DNA from: Octopus vulgaris
Taxonomy: Eukaryota
NCBI GenBank assembly: GCA_951406725.2
Contig: OX597840.1
Coordinates: 26,288,001 to 26,352,000 of the forward strand
DNA: 64,000 bases
Direction of reading: 5' to 3'
Below, piece after piece: positions 39,721 to 55,825 of the stretch (position 1 is the first letter of the stretch; each line of letters opens with the position of its first letter). The notes below the pieces were generated by a model. It did not search any database. It was not told the DNA's origin and saw only the letters and a program-made list of their open reading frames with translations. The position numbers were made by a program, and so were the translations under genes.

Positions 39721-40731
39721 TTATTCTTTTAATGTTTTCTCTCATGAACTGACACTTGAGGACACAGGACCTATTTAACCCTTACACAGGTTCATGTGAT
39801 ATCAGGGCATGTCCATAATCTGGAGGGGCTGTGGGATACATGTTTAGCAACCAACCATCTTCTGGGTTCTGATTTACAAGAACCCCCTTTGCCTCGTTCC
39901 CTTCTCTCATACCTTAACTCACTTCTTCTAGAATTATGCCCCTCCCCTCAAATTTATCTGTCTTGTGAGCTTCCTGGTTCCCTCACTGGGTGGTGGTGAC
40001 ACAAGAAAAGCACCCTGTATGCAGTGGAAAGTGGTTGGTGTTATGAAGGACATCCAGCCATAGAAACCATGTAAGGGTCAACGCTAGGGCATGATGCAGT
40101 TGTTGAGCCTGTCAGATCTTGTCAAACGGTCCCCAACCCATGCCGGCAGCAAGGGACACAGCATGAACATTAAATGAGAATGACGATGATGATGATGATG
40201 ATGAGAGCAATGTACTTGCTAACATACAATTTGCAAAACAACAAGGGCAATGTGGTCAGTTAGTTGGTTTTAGTGTTTTTTTGGGTCGATGTCCTGACCA
40301 CAGGGTGGGAAAAGAGTTAAAACAAGAAAAACAGAAAAACATGGGTGGGAAGATAAAAAGAAGAGGGGGAGGTGGAGGGAAAGGGGGAAAAGAGAGAGGG
40401 TGAAAGAGGAGAGGGAGGGAGAGATGGGTGGCAGAGGGGTAAATAGAAGGCGAGGGGGGGGACAGATCTGACAAATAGCTTTATGTTGATAAGGAGTCTT
40501 TAATCTGTACACACCTAGGTATGAGAAATATATATATACACATACACACACACATATACATATATATGTATATATATAAATATACACATATATAAACATA
40601 TATACAAACATATATACACACATATATCAAACATATATACACTCACATATATATATATAGAGAGAGAGAGATACGGATACACACACATTTATTGTATGTG
40701 TGTTTGTCCCTATATATATATATATATATAT

Positions 40732-41116
40732 ACTCTTTACTCTTTTACTTGTTTCAGTCATTTGACTGCGGCCATGCTGGAGCACCGCCTTTAGTCGAGC
40801 AAATCGACCCCGGGACTTATTCTTTGTAAGCCCAGTACTTATTCTATCGGTCTATTTTGCCGAACCGCTAAGTAACGGGGACGTAAACACACCAGCATCG
40901 GTTGTCAAGCAATGCTAGGGGGACAAACACAGACACACAAACACACACATACATATATATACATATATACGACAGGCTTCTTTCAGTTTCCGTCTACCAA
41001 ATCCACTCACAAGGCTTTGGTCGGCCCGAGGATATAGTAGAAGACACTTGCCCAAGGTGCCACGCGGTGGGACTGAACCCGGAACCATGCGGTTGGTAAA
41101 CAAGCTACTTACCACA
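40732..41116 (-). mobile_element. SINE family 1
   Basis: Reverse copy. Confidence 0.9.
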
Positions 41117-41119
41117 TAT

Positions 41120-42262
41120 ATCATCATCATCATCATCATCATCATTTAGCGTCCGTTTTCCATGCTAGCATGGGTTGGACGGTTCAACTGGGGTCTGGGG
41201 AGCCCGAAGGCTGCACCAGGCCAGTCAGATCTGGCAGTGTTTCTACAGCTGGATGCCCTTCCTAACGCCAACCACTCCGAGAGTGTAGTGGGTGATTTTA
41301 TGTGCCACCGACACAGGTGCCAGACGAGGCTGGCGAACGGCCACGCTCGGATGGTGTTTTTATGTGCCACCGACACAGGTGCCAGACGAGGCTGGCGAAC
41401 GGCCACGCTCGGATGGTGTTTTTATGTGCCACCGACACAGGTGCCAGACGAGGCTGACGAACGGCCACAATCGGATGGTGTTTCTTACGTGCCCACAGCA
41501 CGGAGGCCAGTCGATGCGGTACTGGCTACGGCCACGTTCGGATGGTTTTCTTGTGTGCCACTGGCACTGGTACCACAAAGATACAAATTCCATTGATGTT
41601 CATCTATTTTGATTTGATTTGATTTGATTTTCACTTGCCTCAACAGGTCTTCACAAGTGTCACAAGAAGGAAGGAAGGAAAGGAAGGAAGGAAGGTATGC
41701 ACAGGTGAACTGACAACGTCCCAGGTAGGGGCCACGGGTTATGGCCTGACTAATCTTGCCGGGTCTTCGGATGATGTTTTTATGTGTCTCCGACACAGGT
41801 GCCAGATGGATGGTGTTTGTTACGTGCCCACAGCATGGAGGCCAGTCGATGCGGTACTGGCTACGGCCACGTTCGGATGGTTTTCTTGTGTGCCACCGGC
41901 ACTGGTACCACAAAGATACAAATTCCATTGATGTTCATCTATTTTGATTTGATTTGATTTGATTTGATCACTTGTCTCAACAGGTCTTCACAAGTGTCAC
42001 AAGAAGGAAGGTATGCACAGGTGGATTGACTACGTCCCAGGTAGAGGCCACGGGTTATGGCCTGACTAGTCTTGCCGGGTCTTCGGATGGTGTTTTTATG
42101 TGCCACCGACACAGGTGCCAGATGAGGCTGGCGAACGGCCACGATCGGATGGTGTTTGTTATGAGCCCACAGCACAGAGGCCAGTCGATGCGGTACTGGC
42201 TACGGCCATGTTCGGATGGTTATCTTGTGTGCCACCGGCCCTGGTACCACAAAGATACAAAT
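41120..42262 (-). mobile_element. RTE 3' UTR with internal tandem amplifications
   Basis: (CAT)n tail, 62-bp subrepeats and about 330-bp block duplications; a sister copy lies at 47927-48620. Confidence 0.85.
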
Positions 42263-42501
42263 TATATATATATATATATATGAGTACTCTTTTTTCCACC
42301 TTGTTTCACATTTATGTGTTTAATCTGGTATATATATATATACATATTTGAGTAGTTGAATGAATTATCTTATTAAGGATAATTCGAAAGATAACCGATA
42401 CCTGGGTAGCAAATTCACATCAGAAAGAACACGCCATGGGCTCCTTGAGAGCAGTCAGCTAAAAGTTTTTTGTGCATTTTGATGTCGACATAAGTTCCTT
42501 G

Positions 42502-42586
42502 ATTTTCCTGATGAGAAATCTGCATAATGTACTCCTTATTCCTTCGGAATTAGGAATATGCAGCCTTCGAAACATATGTCGAAAAT
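42502..42586 (+). ncRNA. Intact type I hammerhead ribozyme motif (family H6)
   Basis: ATTTTC-CTGATGA-GAA.CTGCATA..[ccttattcc ttc ggaattagg]..TATGCAG.TTC-GAAA-CATATG-TC-GAAAAT; canonical GUC site, cleavage after 42580. Confidence 0.85.
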
Positions 42587-42841
42587 AAAGGAAATTTGTT
42601 AACAAGTCGTTCAACTCCATTCTTTCACAAAAATATATATATAGTATATTAATCAAAATAAAAACATGATTCAAAGGATTTAGCAGTACATATGTTTCTT
42701 GCCTTTCTACATTGAGTCAAAAGCGGGATGGATGCTTCGATTTCGTGTGGGTGCCCCACTCTGTCGTATGCGACTATGAAGATTTGCATCCCCAACGTAA
42801 GACTTATACTGTAATACATGTCCTTGAAGTAGTAATTGTAC

Positions 42842-42929
42842 GCGGCTGAAGAAGGCCATAGACACACATTTACATCAATTATGCATTGTTATAAAACCGT
42901 CTAATAAAGGCCTGAAACATATGTACCGC
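42842..42929 (+). ncRNA. Intact type I hammerhead ribozyme motif (family H7)
   Basis: GCGG-CTGAAGA-AGGCC..(tagac/gtcta)..GGCCT-GAAA-CATATG-TA-CCGC; GUA site, cleavage after 42925; inverted partial copy at about 42645-42698. Confidence 0.85.
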
Positions 42930-43578
42930 TAAATCCTATGAATCATGTTTGTATTTTGATAAATATACTCTATCACCTACACCACTAAATGGTATATACA
43001 GGTGCTTACAACTATCAAGTATTCACCCTGAATTTATATATATATATATATATATACAAATTGAGATAGGGGTTGTAAATGCAACCCTCCATGGGATAAC
43101 ATATATCCAATATACTGCTAGTGAAGTACCCAACAAAGTTAATACATAAATGTTAAGGATTGCGATGCAATCAATTCATTTACTGTATTATATGGGCAAA
43201 GGTAAAATGATTTACCACAAATTACTAATACAAGATAAGAAAATGGAGAAATACATCTAAATCAAATATCAATTATCAGATAATACTCAATCACATACTT
43301 TATTAAACCACCACATAAGAGACTGTAGGGTTAAATATAAAAGGCAGAACAAATCAGTGTACATAAAGGAATGTACATAAAAGAGTGATGTTGTATAATA
43401 AGTAGAATATATATAAAAAAGAGAATATACATATAAGTAAATATAAATATAAGTATAGATTACATCTTACAGCTGTTTCGGCCATGTCTCTTATGTGGTG
43501 GTTTAATAAAGTATGTGATTGAGTATTATCTGGTAATTGATATTTGATTTAGGTGTATTTCTCCATTTTCTTATCTTG

Positions 43579-43610
<32 letters not shown>

Positions 43611-44211
43611 TATATACATACATTTGTCATTACACACGCACACAATAAATGTGTGTGTTGTGTGTGTGTATTGTTTTTCTGGCTGTTTACACATTTTTCG
43701 GTGTTTTCTTTGATCAGGTGTTCAGATATTTCGAGTCACATGACCTTGGACAGACCACAAAAGAACCGGAAAAAACAAATTTCAACTAAATTTAACTCAT
43801 TACCCAGGATCTTCACAGACACACGGGACAATTAAATACATTTTTCATAATTAGTAAACAAGCTCTCTCATGAATTAAAACTGAAAGAGACAGGATGGAG
43901 GAATGCTAATGGCCCATCAACATGCAAGAAATAGCAGCTAAATGTCTCGCAATTTACACTGTGCCAACAGGAAATAGCAGGCAGATGTTAGCTAATGTTG
44001 CTTTACATCATCATCATCAATTAACATCTACCTTCCATGCTGGCATGGGTTAGAGGATTTCACAGGAGCTGGCCAGGTAGGAGCCTGCACTAGACTTCTG
44101 TGCCTGTTTTGGCAATAGGTATTTAAACTTTTTTTTAGATTTTAATTATTTCTGTGGGGGGGGGGGGGTCTTAGAAAGTATTACCTGCAATAGTCGAGGG
44201 ATTCCTGTATA

Positions 44212-45650
44212 CCTTTTACTTGTTTCAGTCATTTGACTGCAGCCATGCTGGAGCACCACCTTTAGTCGAGCAAAACGATCCCGGGACTTATTCTTTGTAA
44301 GCCCAGTACTTATTCTATCGGTCTCTTTTGCCGAACCGCTAAGTGACTGGGACGTAAACACACCAGCATCGGTTGTCAAGCAATGCTAGGGGGACAAACA
44401 CAGACACACACACATATATATATACATATATACGACAGGCTTCTTTCAGTTTCCGTCTACCAAATCCACTCACAAGGCTTTGGTTGGCCCGAGGCTATAG
44501 TAGAAGACACTTGCCCAAGGTGCCACGCAGTGGGACTGAACCCAGAACCATCTTGGAGTTACTCTTTACTTGCTTTAGTCATTTGACTGCGGCCATGCTG
44601 GAGCACCGCCTTTAGTCGAGCAAATCGACCCCGCCGGGACTTATTCTTTGTAAGCCCAGTACTTATTCTATCGGTACTCTTTTGCCGAACCGCTAAGTGA
44701 CTGGGACGTAAACACACCAGCATCGGTTGTCAAGCAATGCTAGGGGGACAAACACAGACACACACACATATATATATATACATATATACGACAGGCTTCT
44801 TTCAGTTTCCGTCTACCAAATCCAGTCACAAGGCTTTGGTTGGCCCGAGGCTATAGTAGAAGACACTTGCCCAAGGTGCCACGCAATGAGACTGGACCCA
44901 GAACCATCTTGGAGTTACTCTTTACTTGCTTTAGTCATTTGACTGCGGCCATGCTGGAGCACCGCTTTTAATCGAGCAAATCGACCCCGGGACTTATTCT
45001 TTGTAAGCCCAGTACTTATTCTATCGGTTCTCTTCTGCCGAACCGCTAAGTGACTGGGACGTAAACACACCAGCATCGGTTGTCAAGCAATGCTAGGGGG
45101 ACAAACACAGACACACACATATATATATACATATACATATATACGACGGGCTTCTTTCAGTTTCCGTCTACCAAATCCACTCACAAGGCTTTGGTTGGCC
45201 CCGAGGCTATAGTAGAAGACACTTGCCCAAGGTGCCACGCAGTGGGACTGAACCCAGAACCATCTTGGAGTTACTCTTTACTTGCTTTAGTCATTTGACT
45301 GCGGCCATGCTGGAGCACTGCCTTAAGTCGAGGAAATCAACCCCCAGGACTTATTTTTTGTAAGCCTAGTACTTATTCTATCGGTCTCTTTTGCCGAACC
45401 GCTAAGAGACGGGGACGTAAACACACCAGCATCGGTTGTCAAGCAATGCTAGGGGGACAAACACAGACACACACACATATATATATATATACATATATAC
45501 AATGGGCTTCTTTCAGTTTCTGTCTACCAATTCCACTCACAAGGCTTTGGTTGGCCCGAGGATATAGTAGAAGACACTTGCCCAAGGTGCCATGCAGTGG
45601 GACTGAACCCGGAACCATGTGGTTGGTAAGCAAGCTACTTACCACACAAC
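44212..45650 (-). mobile_element. Four head-to-tail SINE family 1 copies
   Basis: Period about 355 bp; identical junction ccatcttggagttactctttacttgcttt three times. Confidence 0.92.
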
Positions 45651-45825
45651 GACACCTGTACCTATGAGGAAGAACACCTACTCACGGAAGCATCAAGTGA
45701 GACTGAACCCCATACCTTGACGGTCGTAGCTAGGCTGTGCTTGGTTCAATTATAAGCCTGTGTAATCGGGGTTGATTTGGGGGTTAGACAATGACCTGAC
45801 CTGACTCTTTGAACTTTGAACTTAC

Positions 45826-45887
45826 CACAAGCCGGTCTTGTTTCACTTCGTCCATTGAATCATCATCAAACAGCATCAGGAGTTCAC
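45826..45887 (-). CDS. SUPT3H: SUPT3H exon (GELLMLFDDDSMDEVKQDRLV); most 5' exon found
   Basis: 62 nt, phase 1-0, ttcag/gtaagt; human [21 protein letters not shown]. No upstream exon was recognised in 45888-64000. Confidence 0.93.
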
Positions 45888-46732
45888 CTGAAGAAGAAAA
45901 AAAACAAAAGGTCATTATCACCATCATCCACATCATCATCATCATCGTCATCGTCATCACTGTCCCCAGCATCATCATCGTTGTCATCATTGATACACAC
46001 TGATGTAGTACACACAAGCATGTGCATCTACCGTACTCTGAACGCCCTGCTCCCCTGGGCAGGGGCCACATCGAAGCTCAGACGTCTGGCAACTGACTTG
46101 GTAGACACCCACAAGGTTATCCACCATCTTCCCAATAACAACCCTGGGGCCCCTTTTTCAGATGATCCAATCAACAGAACAGCCTGCTCATGAAATTAAC
46201 ATGTGAGTAGCTGAGTATTCCAGAGACCCACACGCCCTTAATGTAGTTCTCAGGAAGATCCAGCATGACATAACAGACCTCCCCCCCATTGAATTACAGG
46301 TACAACTAATTTTTTGCCAGCTGAGTGTACTGGAGCAACGTGAAGCGAAAAGTCTTGCTGAAGGACACAACGCTGGTGGCATTCGGTGCCACCTGGTCCC
46401 GGAGGCCCTGCAAAGGAAGGCCCTGTGCATGAGCTGTGCTCCCCCAGAGCCAACAAATACAAAAACAGACAAATAAAAAACTACCTCCACACCCATGTTT
46501 CTCTGGCTTTCTTAGTTGAAACCTCACACGATTGTTTACTTGGGTCACCGTAACCAGTCAATGCCCTCTGCAACCAATGAGGTTTATTTCCTGTACGAGT
46601 TTACCTGTCAAACAAATATCTATTGCTCATACAAAGGTGTACACACACACATGTGCATATGAATAGGCATGTATAGGTGTGTGTATGTGTACACACATAT
46701 ATATTATATATACTTATACATATATGTATGTA

Positions 46733-46777
<45 letters not shown>

Positions 46778-46833
46778 CGGAGATGTACCTGCATAGCAAG
46801 TGATTTGATCTGAGATCGTGTGCTGAAACGAAA

Positions 46834-47120
46834 ACAATTGCCGCGTGGAAGGTGTTTGTAAGCCATTTAAGAAACACACAAAAACCATTAGATTCACTTC
46901 AACATTTAAATTTAATTTGTCAAAATATTTTCGTTGCTTTAAGACCACGACCTCTGCACTGACAAAAATCCAGATGCAGCACGGATTTTTGTCAGTGAAC
47001 AGGTCGCGGTCTTAAAGCAACGAAAATATTTTGACAAATTAAACTTTAATGTTGAAGTGAATTGAACGGCTTTTGTGTGTTTCTTAAATGGCTTACAAAC
47101 ACCTTCCACGCTGCAATTGT
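46834..47120. repeat. TA-flanked foldback (about 137-bp arms) with degenerate hammerhead-like cores
   Basis: Arms at 46834-46971 and 46983-47120; TTTGTCA-GTGAACA-GGTCGC..GCAAC-GAAA-ATAT-TT-TGACAAA. Confidence 0.85.
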
Positions 47121-47855
47121 ATATATATATATATATATATATTTCTTTACTACCCACAAGGGGCTAAACATAGAGGGGACAAATAGATTAAGTTGATTAC
47201 ATCGACCACAGTGCGTAATTGGTACTTTATTTATCGACCCCGAAAGAATGAAAAGCAAAGTCGACCTCGGGGGAATTTGAACTCAGAACGTAATATATAT
47301 ATATCTTTATAGGTATTCATGCAAGGATCGTTAAGCCAGTGTTAGGAACATCAATTGCGACTAAGGTTTGGTGGAAGATTTTAATTCAGAACTTTTGAAA
47401 ACAAGACATTTGTACCACAGAGCCAGAGGTGGTTTCAGGCAGGCTGGTATCAAAAGGGTTAATTATAAGTTACAATTTCCAGCGAAATATATAACTTCAC
47501 ACCCAACCGGGCCTCATATATATTGTTGGATTTCAGGAAGGTAATTTTTGTTTTTTTTGCCAAATAAACACTCACATTGTATATTCGTTCTTCACTTGTG
47601 TATTACTGTTCTTATTCTAAACTCATGTCTATTGTTTCACGGAGTAAGCAGAGCAAGAGCATACACGAAGATGGAAAGTGTTCCTGAGGAGGTCACAGAT
47701 GTGTGATGAAACGTTTCTGGACAATATACAGAATATATATATGCATATATTAGAAGGTAGTCAGAATGTTGGATGATTATATAAATTTTTTTATTTACAC
47801 TTTTAAAATATAATGCATATATATGAATGTGTGTGTGTATATATATATATATATT

Positions 47856-47926
<71 letters not shown>

Positions 47927-47929
<3 letters not shown>

Positions 47930-48619
47930 TCATCATCATCATTTAGCGTCCGTTTTCCATGCTAGCATGGGTTGGACGGTTCAACTGGGGTCTGGGGAGC
48001 CCGAAGGCTGCACCAGGCCAGTCTGATCTGGCAGTGTTTCTACAGCTGGATGCCCTTCCTAACACCAACCACTCCGAGAGTGTAGTGGGTGATTTTATGT
48101 GCCACCGACACAGGTGCCAGACGAGGCTGGCGAACAGCCACGCTCGGATGGTGTTTTTATGTGCCACCGACACAGGTGCCAGATGAGGCTGGCGAACGGC
48201 CACGCTCGGATGGTGTTTGTTACGTGCCCACAGCACGGAGGCCAGTCGATGTGGTACTGGCTACAGCCACGTACGGATGGTTTTCTTGTGTGCCACCGGC
48301 ACTGGTACCACAAAGATACAAATTCCATTGATGTTCATCTATTTTGATTTGATTTTTTGATTTTCACTTGCCTCAACAGGTCTTCACAAGTGTCACAAGA
48401 AGGAAGGTATGCACAGGTGGACTGACTATGTCCCAGGTAGGGGCCACGGATTATGGCCTGACTAGTCTTGCCGGGTCTTCGGATGGTGTTTTTATGTGCC
48501 ACCGACACAGGTGCCAGATGAGGCTGGCGAACGGCCACGATCGGATGGTGTTTGTTATGTGCCCACAGCACGGAGGCCAGTCGATGCGGTACTGGCTACC
48601 GCCACGTTCGGATGGTTTT

Positions 48620-48620
<1 letters not shown>
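47927..48620 (-). mobile_element. RTE 3' UTR, same subfamily as 41120-42262
   Basis: Shared diagnostic ccgacacaggtgccaga subrepeats. Confidence 0.85.
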
Positions 48621-49272
<652 letters not shown>

Positions 49273-50062
49273 CTCTCTTTCGGAGAGGCACTGAGCAGCT
49301 ATACGCACACATACACACATGGCAGTAACTTCCACCTACCGAATTCAATCACAAAGCTTCGGTCGGCTCGGGGCTATAGCTGAAGACACCTACCCAAAGT
49401 GCCACGCAGTGGATATATATATATATATATGTATGTATGTATATATATATATGTATATATATACACAGGTGTAGGAGTGGCTGTGTGGTAAGTAGCTTGC
49501 TTACCAACTGTATGATTCCAGGTTCAGTCCCACTGCGTGGCACCTTGGGCAGGTGTCTTCTATTATAGCCTCAGGCCGACCAAAGCCTTGTGAGTAGATT
49601 TGGAAGATGGAAACTGAAAGAAGCCCATCACACACACATATATATATATATTGGGTAATCTCATAAGTAATGCATGTTTATCAATTGCATGAACTAAAAG
49701 ACAGATGAACTACCTGCATCAACTTGCTATGAAAGCAGGTAGTAATTTTACCTGGTCCATTTGAGCACTGGGCCTCACAGACGCAGTGACAGGTGACCAA
49801 GACCTCTTGTGATATACCGTGCTCGTGAAGACTCGTCAAGCCAAGTTGGATCATAGTCGTGGCTGAGGCTGGTGTCACTTCAATGACACTCATGCCAGTG
49901 GCATGTAGAAAGCAACTACTACACTCTTGGAGTGGTTGGCGCTAGGAAGGGCATCCAGCTGTAGAAACCATGCTGGATCAGACTGGAACTTGGTGCAGTT
50001 CCCTGGCTTACCATTTTCAGTCAAACCACCCAACCCATGCCAGCATGAAAAGTAGACATTAA

Positions 50063-50281
50063 CCCTTTCATTACTATATTTATTTTGAGATGCTCTGTGT
50101 TTCTTTCAATTAATCAAATATAACAAAGAATTTAGTAAAACAACTTCGTTATCATTAAGCTAGTGTTAGGAACACAAATTGTGACTAAGGTTTGGTGGAA
50201 GATTCTAATTCAAAACTTAAGAAAACAAGATACTTTTACTCAGAGCCAGAGCCGGTTTCAGTCGGGTTGGTATCAAGAGGG
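50063..50281. mobile_element. piggyBac-type MITE
   Basis: TTAA-CCCT...AGGG-TTAA termini; partial second copy at about 47330-47458. Confidence 0.65.
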
Positions 50282-50369
50282 TTAAACAAATGATGAAGAC
50301 GACGATGATATATATATGTATACATATATATATACTTTATTTAAAAGCAGCAGAAATTTAACAAAAATT

Positions 50370-50427
<58 letters not shown>

Positions 50428-50550
50428 TATATATATAGACACATATATGTATACACACACACACACACATATATTTATATATATATATAGACACATATAT
50501 ATGTATACACACACACATATATATACGTATATCTACACACACATAAACAC

Positions 50551-50636
<86 letters not shown>

Positions 50637-50662
50637 TGCCTGTCTTTCTTATGCTCTTGCAG

Positions 50663-51530
50663 CTTGTCTCAAGACATCTACCCCTACTACACCCTCCCAC
50701 CCATTCCCTCTCCCCCTCACCACCACACATGCACGTGCATCTCGAGGTCAAAACGCCTGCGTCACCAGTTGCTGTAATAATGAAACCGTTGTACGCCAAA
50801 GAAGAGGCGAGCATTCCGAAGACGTCTGTGAAGAGGATGTGTTTGCACCAGTCAGCAAAGCAGGGCTTTACACTGCATCTGCAGCCGATGCACCAAGCAG
50901 CCCCAGTGCACCAGATATCACCATTGTGTGCAAGACGCAGGTACCACCACCACCACCACAACTGCCTCCACCACCGCTGCTAACTGAATTAAAACACTAG
51001 CATCCTGGTGCAATGAGAGTAAAGGTGTTTGCTGGGGTGGGGGGGAAACCAGCCGGGGTAGCGGCGGAGGTGGTGGTGGCGTCGGTAAGGACGGGAGCGT
51101 GGTGCGCCGAGGCTGTGTGGATAGAAGGTGGAAGGTGGGGATGTGGCACGGAGGGGCCCAGGGATGTGGTGTAATTTGTGGTTATGTAGGGATACATGGG
51201 GGCCCCCACAGTTGTGGTTGTCGTGGTGGCGGAGGTAGTGGCGGAGGTGGTGGTGATGGTAGCGGTGGTAGTAAGCGGAGTGGTGAGGGTGTCTGGTGTA
51301 GGTGGTGGTGGTGGTGATGGTGGTGTCGGCGACAACAGAATGTGGGGGTGTGACGGAGGTGGTGTTGGCGGTGGCCGTGATGTCGATGTGATAATGTGTT
51401 AGTGCAACAGGGTGTACAGTTGTGGTGGAGATGGTGGTGTCGGGGGTGGTGGTGGTGGTGGTGGTTGTGCGCAGGGGAGGTGGATTGGAGAGATGAAGTG
51501 CAGGTCATGTGGTTGCTGAGTGCAAGGGAA
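50663..51530 (+). other. GC-rich unique island with exon-like start (candidate nested antisense exon)
   Basis: tcttatgctcttgcag acceptor followed by about 330 nt open in two frames, then Gly/Pro/His-type triplet runs; no recognisable domain. Confidence 0.35.
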
Positions 51531-51564
51531 GCTGTTGTTTCACAGAGATGATGATGATGCTGGG

Positions 51565-53935
<2,371 letters not shown>

Positions 53936-54114
53936 ACATTTCATACACGTATTATCTTTATCTTTTGTTCTTGTTTCGGTCATTGGACTGTGGCCATGCT
54001 GGAACACTGCTTGAAGAATATTTACCCCAACAAATGGTATCCATGACCCCTTATTCTATCCAACCCTTTTCACCAAACTGCTAAGTTACAGGGAACATAA
54101 ACAAACCAATACCG

Positions 54115-54277
54115 TCAACCATGGCCTCCAGACGACTTTAGAATCTCCTGCAACTCTTCTGGACGGTCTCCATAATCCGGGCCTTCAGTTCGTCTTTGGT
54201 GTGACAAGGGGTCTTTTTGGTCCCTCGCTCAACTGCACCCTACACATAACAATCAAAGGGGTTGCCGTCTGGGTTTT
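54115..54277 (-). mobile_element. Tc1/mariner transposase C-terminal fragment
   Basis: PDGNPFDCYV*GAVE...TKDELKARI..SCRRF*SRLEAMV (SPDxNPxD..W motif). Confidence 0.75.
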
Positions 54278-54289
54278 CTAACCCTAACC

Positions 54290-54872
54290 AGATATTAGGG
54301 ATGATGAGGTCACAGAAATTGTCTGACAGCCATGTCTAGGTTCTCCTGCTGAGGGCAAGGCAGTTTTCCTTTGCCTAGTGGCTGTAGCGAAAGAGATGGT
54401 ATGGTGGACCCGTTTGAAAGGGCGAAGGTCAGACACTTCCCTCTTTGGCCCAGGCCTCATCAACTTTTTCAAGTTCCACTTGAAGGGGAAAGTAGAGAGG
54501 CAAGTGATATCCGATAGCAAGATTACTGAAAGGTGGATAAATGTCGCAAGAATGGCCAGTATGAAAGGAGCCATTCTGAGGATACACCTGTGATTTAAAA
54601 AGGTAATATAAATGGAGAAAGGGGCTTTTTACCCCACTTTTGACCAAGCTCCTGTTGGCTTTTATGGGTTTTTTCCACCAGGAACCTTTCGTAATGCCTC
54701 CCCTATTGGGAGTTTTTCATTGTTAAACTGCTTTTTTACTCGGATTTTACAAACGGACAAAACCCTTTGTATCTTTCATCCTGTGTTTTGTCCCTTTATG
54801 TTTTAATTGATTTTTGTCAGCCCTTGTGGCCAATAAAAGAATTAATTATTATTATTATTATTATTATTATTA
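54290..54872 (+). mobile_element. Probable Tx1/L1-clade LINE 3' end with UTR and (ATT)n tail
   Basis: VAVAKEMVWWTR...ERW..IHL*, T-rich UTR, AATAAA, then (ATT)n. Confidence 0.55.
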
Positions 54873-54993
54873 TCACTCATCTGGAATCAAACTCGGAATC
54901 TTGGGGTTAGTAGCCAGTGCTCTTAACCTCTATGCCATATGCCTATGGGCAAATACCTTAGGAATGAGAACCCAGGTTTGAAATTCCCCCAAG

Positions 54994-55037
54994 ACACCTG
55001 ATGAAGGCTGGAGGGTATATCAGCCGAAACGTTGTGT
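54994..55037 (+). ncRNA. Minimal type I hammerhead motif (family H4), intact core
   Basis: ACAC-CTGATGA-A-GGCTG gagggtatat CAGCC-GAAA-CG-TT-GTGT; palindromic AACGTT stem III needs a dimer; inverted tRNA-like head at about 54875-54940. Confidence 0.78.
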
Positions 55038-55178
55038 TAACAACAAACAAGATGAGGACAAATATCCATCAAATGTAAATAATGTAAATAATTCCTCATC
55101 TCTTAAATATAGAACTATTTGCACACTGACATTACCCATCTGGCAAAGCATACTGGCTTCATTTCCTTGAAGTATGTA

Positions 55179-55215
<37 letters not shown>

Positions 55216-55653
55216 CTCGACTCTGTTGATCATGAATGACCATGGGTGTACCTAAGAGGTTCCCCTCTGGGGTACAAGTCTGGGTGGAAAGTTGCCTCAC
55301 TGTTGAATACACAACCTAGGGTTGCTTTTTTTATGGAAGGCCAGCAGTCACCCATGCATACCAACCTCCTCTCTCCACACCACTGATGTTATCCAAGGGA
55401 AAGGCAAAAGGGGCCGATATAGCTTGGCACCAGTGACATTGCTACAACTCATTTTTACAGCTGAGTGAACTGGAGCAACGTGAAGTAAAGTGTCTTGCTC
55501 AAGAACACAACATGCAGCCCGGTCCAGGAATTGAACTCACTATCTCATGATTGTAAGCACAACGCTCTAACCACAGAGCCATGACCCTTCACACACACAC
55601 ACACAAACAGATATACACATCTATATATATATATATATATATATATAACAAAA

Positions 55654-55691
55654 CTGTCCGACGAACGGAAACGTGAAACTCCGAGTAACAG
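55654..55691 (+). ncRNA. Type I hammerhead motif (family H1, CCGACGA core variant)
   Basis: CTGT-CCGACGA-ACG GAAA CGT-GAAA-CTC C GAG-TA-ACAG, between TA tracts. Confidence 0.7.
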
Positions 55692-55825
55692 GTTTTGTTG
55701 AATTTCTGCTGCTTTTAAATAAAGCATATATATATATATATATATATCGACACACATATATACACACACACATATATATATATAGAGAGAGAAAGTGAGA
55801 GCTACATACATATATATATATATAT

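Noticed and set aside
46600-46640. Possible upstream SUPT3H exon ending ..CLTG|gtaaac
   Set aside because: In-frame TGA just upstream and no match to the expected DFL.SID.T sequence.
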